A stretch of DNA of 32,000 bases, taken from contig NC_001263.1 of assembly GCF_000008565.1 (NCBI RefSeq), forward strand, positions 1,892,727 through 1,924,726, read 5' to 3'. Positions 22,713 through 32,000 of the stretch are shown here, piece after piece (positions within the stretch are counted from its first letter, which is position 1; every line of letters starts with the position of its first letter). The stretch is from Deinococcus radiodurans R1 = ATCC 13939 = DSM 20539 (GTDB taxonomy: Bacteria > Deinococcota > Deinococci > Deinococcales > Deinococcaceae). Position numbers and translations under genes: made by a program. The notes under the pieces are model-generated. The model was not told where the DNA came from and did no database searches. It saw only the letters and a list, made by a program, of their open reading frames with translations.

Positions 22713-22997
22713 ATGCGGGGTATGGACCGCACCCTCGATATTGCCCACCAGATTGACCTCACCGGCTTTCCCGCTGGCGTCACCGTCACCCACGAGCAGG
22801 CATCAGAAGGCGTGTTGCTGCGGGCCGAGCAGGGCGGGCGTGGGCTGGAGCTGTGGCTCACCACCGACGCGATGAAGATGTACGGTCCTGGTCCCGCCGT
22901 GGCGATGGCGCTCAGCCACCTCAAGCAGGCGGTGGAGGCAGGGTTGCCGGAGAAGGAGGACGGGGCTTATCACCGGGCGGTGTTTTTGGGAGATTGA
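22713..22997 (+). CDS. Hypothetical protein (91-94 aa)
   Basis: GC3-rich ORF with no recognisable domain. CACAAT (22709-22714) lies 7 nt before the second ATG at 22722, which may be the real (leaderless) start. Confidence 0.5.
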   Translation: MRGMDRTLDIAHQIDLTGFPAGVTVTHEQASEGVLLRAEQGGRGLELWLTTDAMKMYGPGPAVAMALSHLKQAVEAGLPEKEDGAYHRAVFLGD

Positions 22998-23027
22998 GTC
23001 GATTAGGAACGCTCTCTTCGGAAAAGA

Positions 23028-23096
23028 CGCTGGTCTGGACGCCCCCTCACCCCTGCCTTCGGCAGGCCCTCTCCCGCGAGGGGAGAGGGTCAAAAG
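23028..23096 (+). repeat. Double-hairpin 3'-of-gene repeat, copy E2
   Basis: Same flanks as E1. Hairpin 1 is CCTGCC-ttc-GGCAGG (compensatory relative to E1). Hairpin 2 is CCCTCTCCC-gcgag-GGGAGAGGG. Confidence 0.8.
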
Positions 23097-23103
23097 CTAA
23101 CAA

Positions 23104-23135
23104 CAGCCTTCCCCAGTGATACGGGGAGGCTGTTT
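23104..23135 (+). terminator. Putative intrinsic terminator (possibly bidirectional) after E2
   Basis: CAGCCT(T)CCCC-agtgatac-GGGGAGGCTG followed by TTT. Confidence 0.5.
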
Positions 23136-23154
23136 CACCTTTAAATACAAATAC

Positions 23155-23553
23155 TCAGCCCTGACGGTTCTGATCCTGCCCACCCTTCATCGCTGCGTCC
23201 TGGCGGGCCTTTTCCGCGCTGGCCTGGATTTCCTTCGCCACTTTTTCGGCGTTGGCGCGGGTCAGGTCGGCGAATTGGCGGACCTGCTGGCGGGTTTCGC
23301 TGGTGGCGTCCTTGAGCTGGGCGTCCATGGCGGTCAGGCCGGCCTCGTACTGCTTTTTGGTGGCGTCGGCGCGGGCGCGGGCCTCGGCAGCGGCGGCGCG
23401 GTGGGAGGCGTTTTCGGTCTCGTCCTCTCCCACTCGCGCGGCGAGGTCGTGCGACAGCGCGCGGGCACGCTCGACCAGTTCGTCGGCGCTCTGGCGGGCG
23501 ATTTCGACCATGTCGTCGAACAGCTTGCGGGGGTCCGGCTTGGGGTCGGTCAT
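23155..23553 (-). CDS. Hydrophilic all-helical protein (apolipoprotein/LEA/HbhA-like composition), 132 aa
   Basis: Strong GC3 bias. Ala/Glu/Arg/Lys/Gln-rich with no hydrophobic core segments. Divergent from rarA. Confidence 0.65.
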   Translation of the reverse strand: MTDPKPDPRKLFDDMVEIARQSADELVERARALSHDLAARVGEDETENASHRAAAAEARARADATKKQYEAGLTAMDAQLKDATSETRQQVRQFADLTRANAEKVAKEIQASAEKARQDAAMKGGQDQNRQG

Positions 23554-23644
23554 GGTCCCAGCATGAACTGTCGGCGCAGGGCAGGCGGTGAAAGCGGCTT
23601 GAGGCTTTGCAAGGAAAAGCGGAGTAGGCCGGGGCGGGGGCCGC

Positions 23645-23650
23645 TATCCT
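23645..23650 (+). promoter_or_regulatory. Putative -10 box (TATCCT), 7 nt before the rarA GTG; leaderless-type promoter
   Basis: TATCCT-N7-GTG. Confidence 0.4.
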
Positions 23651-23657
23651 CCCCCGC

Positions 23658-24961
<1,304 letters not shown>

Positions 24962-24962
<1 letters not shown>

Positions 24963-24986
24963 AAAACCCCACCTCGGCGGGTGGGG
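24962..24986 (-). terminator. Intrinsic terminator for the minus-strand gene string ending at 25005
   Basis: CCCCACC-tcggcg-GGTGGGG, with the T-tract on the minus strand (AAAAA at 24962-24966 on +). Confidence 0.65.
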
Positions 24987-25004
24987 TGGGCAATGAAAAG
25001 CGCT

Positions 25005-25193
25005 TCAGCGTTGCTGCGGACGCTTGGTCACGTCGGTGCCGAGCACGCTTTCGGGGGTCTGGTCGGCCTGCTTGGCCTTTTCGGCCATGCCGGTGTCCTG
25101 AATGCCCTTGATGTCGCTCAGGTCATTCGTGTCCTTGCTGCCACCTTCAGGGCTGCGCTCAGCGGGGGGCATGGCTTTGGCGTCGTCACTCAT
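25005..25193 (-). CDS. Small hydrophilic (disordered-looking) protein, 62 aa
   Basis: Perfect AGGAGG about 6 nt upstream of the ATG. Followed by the terminator. The longer ORF to 25454 is rejected. Confidence 0.55.
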   Translation of the reverse strand: MSDDAKAMPPAERSPEGGSKDTNDLSDIKGIQDTGMAEKAKQADQTPESVLGTDVTKRPQQR

Positions 25194-25260
25194 GTCGGAC
25201 CTCCTGTGTTGGGATGCCCCCAGGGTAAGGGCGCCGCCTGCGCCTGCCGTGAACTGGGCG

Positions 25261-25830
25261 TTAAGGCCCTTGCTGTTCGCGCGCTGTCCCTCCCCGCATT
25301 GCCGCGTTGTAGGCGCCCGAACCCCCGCGCGGAATGCTGATGGTCTGGAAGTCGGCCCCGCGCAGGGTCTTGACCAGGAAGATGAGCTGGAAGACGTGCC
25401 CGCTGGCGTGCAGGGCGGCCCGCTCCACCGCGCCGAGGACGGTGTGGGCCTCACCGCGAATGGTCAGGGTCTGCGTCAGGTCGTCCGGGCGCAGGTGGTC
25501 GAGCGCGTCCAGAAACACCTGCCAGCCCTCGTCCCAACAGGTCAAGAGGTCGGCGGCGCTCAGGTGCGCGTCCTCGAATTCGGCGTCACGGTCACGGCCC
25601 GGCGTTTCGCCTTCCACCCCTTCCCGGTAGCCACTTTGCAGGCCGCCCCAGCGCGAGCGCAGGTTGCCCGCGAGATGCTGCACGATGACGGCAGCGGAGT
25701 TGCCGCCCGGCGCAAGGACCGTGTGCCAGGCGTCGTCCGGCAACTGTGCCAGCGCCCGGTCCCCGAGCTGCCGGGTGCCGCGAAGCCGCTCCCGAAGTTC
25801 GGAAAGGTAAAGGGCCGCCACGTCGCTCAT
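25261..25830 (-). CDS. DinB-superfamily protein (DUF1572-like)
   Basis: IVQHLAGNLRSRW and ...IRGEAHTVLGAVERAALHASGHVFQLIFL have the spacing expected of a four-helix DinB/YfiT-type His triad. TATCAT 6 nt before the ATG. Confidence 0.7.
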   Translation of the reverse strand: MSDVAALYLSELRERLRGTRQLGDRALAQLPDDAWHTVLAPGGNSAAVIVQHLAGNLRSRWGGLQSGYREGVEGETPGRDRDAEFEDAHLSAADLLTCWDEGWQVFLDALDHLRPDDLTQTLTIRGEAHTVLGAVERAALHASGHVFQLIFLVKTLRGADFQTISIPRGGSGAYNAAMRGGTAREQQGP

Positions 25831-25847
25831 GGTCCGATGATACGGGC

Positions 25848-26486
25848 CTACCAGCGCACGTTCAGGCTGACGCTGCCGTCTACCCGGTCCTGCGCCGGAT
25901 TGAAGCTCAGGCCCGCGCTCACCCCCAGGCTGGGCGCGAAGATGGACGTGGGGACCAGCGACACCGAGTAGCCCAGGCTGGTGCGTCCATCGAAAGGGTT
26001 GTACCCCAATGACGCGCTCTGGTTGACCGCTTTGGGCGGGCGCACGTCGTAGGTCGCCTGGGCGATGACGGTGCCTTCGCGGTTCAGGATGTCCACTGTG
26101 CCCGCGTGCGCCGCCATCACCACGAAGCTGACGCTCTGGGCCGCGTAGGCGCTGAGCTGCACGCGCCCGTCCGCCGGGCCGCGAAAGACCGTCCGGGGGT
26201 CGCGGGGGCGCAAGATGACCTCGGTGCTGACCTCGCTGAGCAGGCTGAACGACAGGTTGGCGGCAGTGTACCCGCGCTGAAGGTACTGCTCGGCGCGGGC
26301 GGGCTGCACCAGCACCCGGCGGGCGAGTTCAGCGCGGGGCGGGGGCGCGGCGCCCGGCGTGATGGTCACGGCCGGCGCGACGAGCTGCGCCTGTCCCGAC
26401 CCTCCCAGCGCGAGAAACAGAACAAGCGGGCGCAGGCCGCAGCCCGCCCGCCTGTTCCAGCGTTGCCGCTTAGAAGCTGCTGCCAC
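25848..26486 (-). CDS. Secreted protein: pilus-N/secretin-N-like beta domain plus a short amphipathic beta C-terminus ending in Trp (OMP-like signal)
   Basis: GTG start, Arg-rich n-region and LRPLVLFLALGGSGQAQ signal. AHAGTVDILNREGTVIAQATYDV segment. C-terminal TSLGYSVSLV / SLGVSAGLSF / DGSVSLNVRW strands. Confidence 0.6.
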   Translation of the reverse strand: MAAASKRQRWNRRAGCGLRPLVLFLALGGSGQAQLVAPAVTITPGAAPPPRAELARRVLVQPARAEQYLQRGYTAANLSFSLLSEVSTEVILRPRDPRTVFRGPADGRVQLSAYAAQSVSFVVMAAHAGTVDILNREGTVIAQATYDVRPPKAVNQSASLGYNPFDGRTSLGYSVSLVPTSIFAPSLGVSAGLSFNPAQDRVDGSVSLNVRW

Positions 26487-26958
26487 TGCTCGACGTGTTG
26501 TTCATGTTGGCGGTGGCGCTGACATCGAAGACCACCTGGACGGTCTGCCCGGCCTGCGCCGCGTCGGTGGAGTTGTCGAAGGTCAGGGTGAAGGTGAGGG
26601 TCGCGTCCTCGCCGGGCTTGATGGTCGCCGTGGTGGACACGCCCGAGACCTTCAGGTGCGCCGCGCCCGTGCCGCTGGGGGCCTGGGCGACCGCGCTCAC
26701 GTTGATGTCACGGTCGGTGGTGTTGGTCACGGGAATGGAGAGCGTGAAGCTGTTGCCGGGGCGAATCTGCTCGGCGCTGAGCGTGACGGTGGTGCTGGGC
26801 ACGCTGAAGCTGACGGCCTGGGCATAGGTGCCGTCGGCGCTCAGGCTCAGGGTAGCGTTGTCGTAGTCGGTCTGGGTGCTGCTCGTCCCCGCCAGGGCGG
26901 GGGCCCCGAGGCTGAGCAGGGCGGCGATGACGAGGGCAGACTTTCTGGTATTGAACAT
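26470..26958 (-). CDS. Secreted Ig-like beta-sandwich protein, tentatively TasA/camelysin-like
   Basis: AGGAG SD. Signal peptide ...SLGAPALA/GT. IRPGNSFTLSIPVTNTTDRDI and NSTDAAQAGQTVQVVFDVSATA resemble the TasA-family N- and C-terminal motifs. Overlaps the next gene by 17 nt. Confidence 0.6.
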   Translation of the reverse strand: MFNTRKSALVIAALLSLGAPALAGTSSTQTDYDNATLSLSADGTYAQAVSFSVPSTTVTLSAEQIRPGNSFTLSIPVTNTTDRDINVSAVAQAPSGTGAAHLKVSGVSTTATIKPGEDATLTFTLTFDNSTDAAQAGQTVQVVFDVSATANMNNTSSSGSSF

Positions 26959-27186
26959 GAGAACTCCTGAAAGCGGCAGGGGCCGCGAAATAAGGGCCAG
27001 ACGCCTGGAACAGCTCCGGGGCCAGACACCAACGAAAAGCCGGTCGCACCACTTGCTCCTCCCGTCCGAGGTGCCCGAATTACAGGGCGGGATTCATCGC
27101 GTCTCTTCGACAGAAGTTCCTGGGGTGAATCTGTGCGAAGTGAAGCGAGTCTAAAGTGGGATCTCTGACAGAACTCTTAAGGCGTC

Positions 27187-29334
<2,148 letters not shown>

Positions 29335-29341
29335 GCCAGGC

Positions 29342-29347
29342 AGGATA
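29342..29347 (-). promoter_or_regulatory. Putative -10 box (TATCCT on the minus strand), 7 nt before the recD2 ATG; leaderless-type promoter
   Basis: The minus strand reads TATCCT-gcctggc-ATG. Confidence 0.4.
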
Positions 29348-29361
29348 GCGCGGAAGGTGGA

Positions 29362-29378
29362 TTATGTCATCAGCGTAA
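29362..29378. promoter_or_regulatory. RDRM-like 17-bp site TTATGT-CATCA-GCGTAA (candidate DdrO operator) over the recD2 -35 region
   Basis: 6-5-6 architecture. The half-sites match the TTAYGT / ACRTAA radiation-desiccation response motif, as I recall it, at 11 of 12 positions. It is the only such site in the window. Confidence 0.45.
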
Positions 29379-29538
29379 TTAGGAAGATGGCGGTGCAGGC
29401 ACGGGCGGCTGTGGCCTCCGGGTTTTCCCTCGTGTCTGCCTGGACCGAGTTAAGTCACGGGCCAATCGCATCAGAATTCGTGGCATTTTCCTGAGAACCT
29501 GACACAAAGACACGGCATACTGAACGCGAGGATAAATT

Positions 29539-30405
29539 GTGATTGCCGTTACGACCGAATCCACTGCTGACATTTTGCCCCTTCAGTTGGGGTACAGCGG
29601 CATCCACCTTTTACCCGTGCCCCTTGGACACCAGGGGCAGGTCTACTCCGAGCGAGAGTTGCCACCGGACCAACTCGTCAACCTGATCCGCACGACGGGC
29701 GAACCGGCCCGCACCCTGGCGATTGACGATGAGGTGGTGGCGCGGACGTTCGAGGCGGCTTTGCAGGGCTCAAAGTCGGGACGGCTGGTGCATGTGGCTT
29801 CGGGCAGCCGCTTTACCCCGCACTTTGAAGTTGCGGCGCGGGTGGCGGGGCAGTTCGGGGTGCGGGTGCAGGTGATCGACGGCGGGACGGTGAGTTACGC
29901 GCTCGGGGTTCAGGCGCTGCACGCCGCGCACCTCGCCGATCAGGGGGCGGACTTCGGGCAGATCGCCCGGGCGCTGGCCGAGTTGCGGGAACGAACGCTG
30001 CTGACATTCGCGGTGGAGAGCCTCGATTTTCTGCGGGTCAATGGGCGCATCGGCAATGTCGCCGCCTTTATCGGCAACTGGCTCGGCCTGCGGCCCCTGC
30101 TGGCGGTGGAGGCGGGCGAGGTGGTGAGCAAGGCCCGGGTGCGCGGTCAGGCCGCCGCCGTTCGCACGCTGCTGAGTGCCACCCACCAGTTTCAGCACCA
30201 GACCGGCGAGACGCTGCGGCTGTACTGCGGGCACACCATCGGGGGCGAAGGGGCGGCCGAGCAGTTGCAGGGGCAGCTTCAGGCCGTTTACAGGGACCTG
30301 CCCGCCCCACTGCACCCGCTCGGCAGCGGCCTGACCGCCAACGTGGGCCCCGGCGTGGTGGCGGTCCTCGCCTTTCCGCGCCGCTTCGGGTTGGGGCACG
30401 CCTGA
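29539..30405 (+). CDS. DegV-family fatty-acid-binding protein
   Basis: 288 aa. IAVTTESTADI N-terminus, the SGSRFTP segment at the position of the usual SS.LSGTY motif, and FLRVNGRIG. GTG start with GAGGA 6 nt upstream. Confidence 0.85.
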   Translation: MIAVTTESTADILPLQLGYSGIHLLPVPLGHQGQVYSERELPPDQLVNLIRTTGEPARTLAIDDEVVARTFEAALQGSKSGRLVHVASGSRFTPHFEVAARVAGQFGVRVQVIDGGTVSYALGVQALHAAHLADQGADFGQIARALAELRERTLLTFAVESLDFLRVNGRIGNVAAFIGNWLGLRPLLAVEAGEVVSKARVRGQAAAVRTLLSATHQFQHQTGETLRLYCGHTIGGEGAAEQLQGQLQAVYRDLPAPLHPLGSGLTANVGPGVVAVLAFPRRFGLGHA

Positions 30406-30414
30406 GCCGTGGGT

Positions 30415-30440
30415 TCTGGCCCGGTGGTCTGGCCCGGTGG
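30415..30440 (+). repeat. Tandem direct repeat, 2 x 13 bp (TCTGGCCCGGTGG), plus a partial third unit to 30452
   Basis: Read directly from the sequence. Begins 10 nt after the DegV stop. Confidence 0.8.
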
Positions 30441-30519
30441 CCCGTCTGGTGGGGAAATGGGATGGGGACGGGAACGCCGGGTGCGTACTGACCCCTGCCG
30501 CCCACGTGGAGACCGAGGG

Positions 30520-30675
30520 ATGAAGGACGCGCTGACCGCCACGACGCGCCAGAGCGTAAAACAGGCGCACCACAAACTGACGCGGCTGCTCGGGGCGGGA
30601 CTCGTCGAGGTCGGCGGCGAGAGAAAGCGCGGTGGGCGGGCCGTCAAGGTCTACCGCGCCGCCGCGCAGGAGTAG
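30520..30675 (+). CDS. Possible truncated winged-HTH (ArsR/MarR-like) remnant, 51 aa
   Basis: LTATTRQSVKQAHHKLTRLLGAGLVEV..GRAVKVYR looks like a recognition helix plus wing, but the N-terminal helices are missing. Coding status is uncertain. Confidence 0.3.
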   Translation: MKDALTATTRQSVKQAHHKLTRLLGAGLVEVGGERKRGGRAVKVYRAAAQE

Positions 30676-30821
30676 CGCGTTCCCTTTGCCCTGACCAACG
30701 GTGGCGGTTCCAGAGCTGGCCGGAGGTGGGGGTCATGCCGCACAGTTTGGGCCGGGGACTACTTCGCGCAGGAGGGGGCAGCGTGGAGTGGCCCCCGCGC
30801 CGCGTCCCGACTTGCGGCGCC

Positions 30822-30950
30822 TTATACGGGTTCGAACTCTACTTCGCGCATCCAGAAAAAGCGCCCGAACGCGCTTCGCTTCTTTCGAACCCGTCTCTTC
30901 TTCTCCTCGCTTCGCTCGGAAAAATAGATTTTATGGGAAATCTATTCTTC
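30822..30950 (+). repeat. Deinococcus SNR-type (MITE-like) repeat, copy C
   Basis: Inverted repeat ACGGGTTCGAA (30826-30836) / TTCGAACCCGT (30884-30894), a CTCGCTTCGCTCGG block, and hairpin AATAGATTT/AAATCTATT (30923-30946). Confidence 0.8.
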
Positions 30951-30959
30951 GAAGGCATA

Positions 30960-31697
30960 TTACTGCCCTGCTTGTGCTTCGCCCTCTTCCCCGAAGGCGA
31001 GCGAAATCGCCAGCATGTCGTCAAAGCCGCGCTGGGCTTCTTCGCGGTCGCCGCGCTCGATGCCGTCCACGATGCGCTCGTGGGTGGCGAGGTTGTCGGC
31101 GAGCTGCCCGGTGGCCTGCAGGTGGGCGATGCTGCGCCGCAGCTGCTCCATCAGCGGGCGCTGAATGGCCCGCATCAGCCGGGTGACCACGCGGTTGCCC
31201 GCCACCTCGGAGAGCAGCAGGTGAAGCTGCATGTCGGCCTCGGCGTAGGCGCCTGCGCTCCCCATCACGGCCCGCATTGCCTCCACCGCGCCGCGCAGAT
31301 CGCTGACCTGTGCGGGGGTGGCGCGGGCGACCGCCTGAGCGATGGTGAAGGCTTCCAGCATCCGCCGGGCCTGCATCAGCTCCTCGAATTCCTGCTCGTC
31401 GCCCACCGCCCCGAGCCAACCGTCGAAGGTGGGCACGGCGCCGCCCACGCTGCGGACCACCGTGCCGCGCCCGGGCCGGGCGTCCACCAGCCCCGCCGCC
31501 GAGAGCACGCTGATCGCCTCGCGCACCCCGGCGAGGCTGGTGCCGAACTGCTGCGCGAGTTCGCGCTGGCCCGGCAGGCGGTCGCCGGGTTTGAAGGTGC
31601 CGTCGTTGATGAGCTGCTGCAACTTCTCGGCAATGTCGGCCCCGATGGAGCGGCGCTTTTGCAGCGGGCGAATGGCAGGCGGCGTGCGAACAGACAT
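30960..31697 (-). CDS. GntR-family (FadR/FCD subfamily) regulator, LldR/PdhR-like
   Basis: HTH LPGQRELAQQFGTSLAGVREAISVLSAAGLV plus an all-helical FCD domain. Divergent from a lactate permease gene. TACACT 8 nt before the ATG. Confidence 0.88.
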   Translation of the reverse strand: MSVRTPPAIRPLQKRRSIGADIAEKLQQLINDGTFKPGDRLPGQRELAQQFGTSLAGVREAISVLSAAGLVDARPGRGTVVRSVGGAVPTFDGWLGAVGDEQEFEELMQARRMLEAFTIAQAVARATPAQVSDLRGAVEAMRAVMGSAGAYAEADMQLHLLLSEVAGNRVVTRLMRAIQRPLMEQLRRSIAHLQATGQLADNLATHERIVDGIERGDREEAQRGFDDMLAISLAFGEEGEAQAGQ

Positions 31698-31754
31698 GAA
31701 GCCTCAGTGTAGCCCCGGCAGGACAGGGACGAAACAACCCCCTGCGTCCCCCTT

Positions 31755-31787
31755 TTTGGACCTGATCCAAACATTGTTCAGAACAAT
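31755..31787. promoter_or_regulatory. Two adjacent perfect palindromes: TTTGGA-cctga-TCCAAA (31755-31771) and ATTGTTC-a-GAACAAT (31773-31787); candidate LldR-like operators
   Basis: Read directly from the sequence. The second has the GT..AC core typical of GntR-family sites and abuts the -35 box. Confidence 0.45.
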
Positions 31788-31816
31788 TGACATTTAGGAC
31801 ATTCGCCCCCTAAGCT
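31787..31816 (+). promoter_or_regulatory. Sigma-70-type promoter for lldP: TTGACA (31787-31792), N18, TAAGCT (31811-31816)
   Basis: Consensus -35 with a reasonable -10. GGGAGGAAG SD at 31866-31874 upstream of the ATG at 31877. Confidence 0.45.
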
Positions 31817-31876
31817 CAGCACACTTTCACAAAGTTCAGGAGAGGCGGCCACCGCTCAGCCGCTCGGGAGGAAGAG

Positions 31877-32000
31877 ATGGAACAAGCCGCGTCGGTCTGG
31901 ACGCAGAATTACGCGCCTATCGGGGGAAGCATCTGGCTGTCCACCCTGGTCGCACTGATTCCAGTCGTTTTCTTTTTTGTCGCTCTGGTGGGCCTGCGCC
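31877..32000 (+). CDS. lldP: L-lactate permease, N-terminal 41 codons (runs off the window)
   Basis: MEQAASVWTQNYAPIGGSIWLSTLVALIPVVFFFVALVGLR matches the LctP-family N-terminus pattern W.QNY.P.G.IWLS.L.A.(L/I)P..FFF.AL. Confidence 0.8.
   Translation, partial: MEQAASVWTQNYAPIGGSIWLSTLVALIPVVFFFVALVGLR

Noticed and set aside
30701-31797. Plus-strand ORFs of 161-328 aa over the GntR-family gene
   Set aside because: Antisense to a well-supported regulator. They begin inside an SNR repeat.

Overview
Very GC-rich bacterial chromosomal segment, with third codon positions almost all G/C and long spurious antisense ORFs. It reads like Deinococcus of the D. radiodurans type. Supporting this: a 715-aa RecD2 helicase with the long N-terminal extension, a DinB/DUF1572 protein, SNR-type intergenic repeats, an RDRM-like palindrome, and many start codons sitting 6-8 nt after a -10 box. 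I can support about 36 protein-coding genes. Most are housekeeping: guaA, guaB, coaE, lrp/ald, rarA, recD2, degV, a PCuAC-SCO1-CtaG copper-delivery operon, an LldR-like regulator with the 5' end of lldP, a LacI regulator, an aldo/keto reductase, and MOSC, MBL and hemolysin-III proteins. I saw no rRNA, tRNA, CRISPR array, transposase or prophage genes. All homology calls rest on motif recognition by eye; no searches were run. The leads most worth a second look are these. (1) A two-gene secreted module at 25848-26958, directly downstream of recD2: a TasA-like beta-sandwich protein plus a protein with a pilus-N-like domain and an OMP-type C-terminus. (2) A double-hairpin repeat of about 60 nt, present in four copies. 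Each copy lies just 3' of a stop codon in the orientation of that gene, and the stem shows compensatory changes between copies. (3) An RDRM-like (DdrO-type) palindrome over the -35 region of a leaderless recD2 promoter. (4) A frameshifted SCO1/SenC gene inside the copper operon. (5) A membrane-tethered Mrr-type nuclease-domain protein between guaA and guaB. (6) A kinase-fold/TM/PEGA protein that looks catalytically dead, paired with an orphan RHH gene. (7) A 4-TM protein translationally coupled to an RNHCP zinc-ribbon protein.
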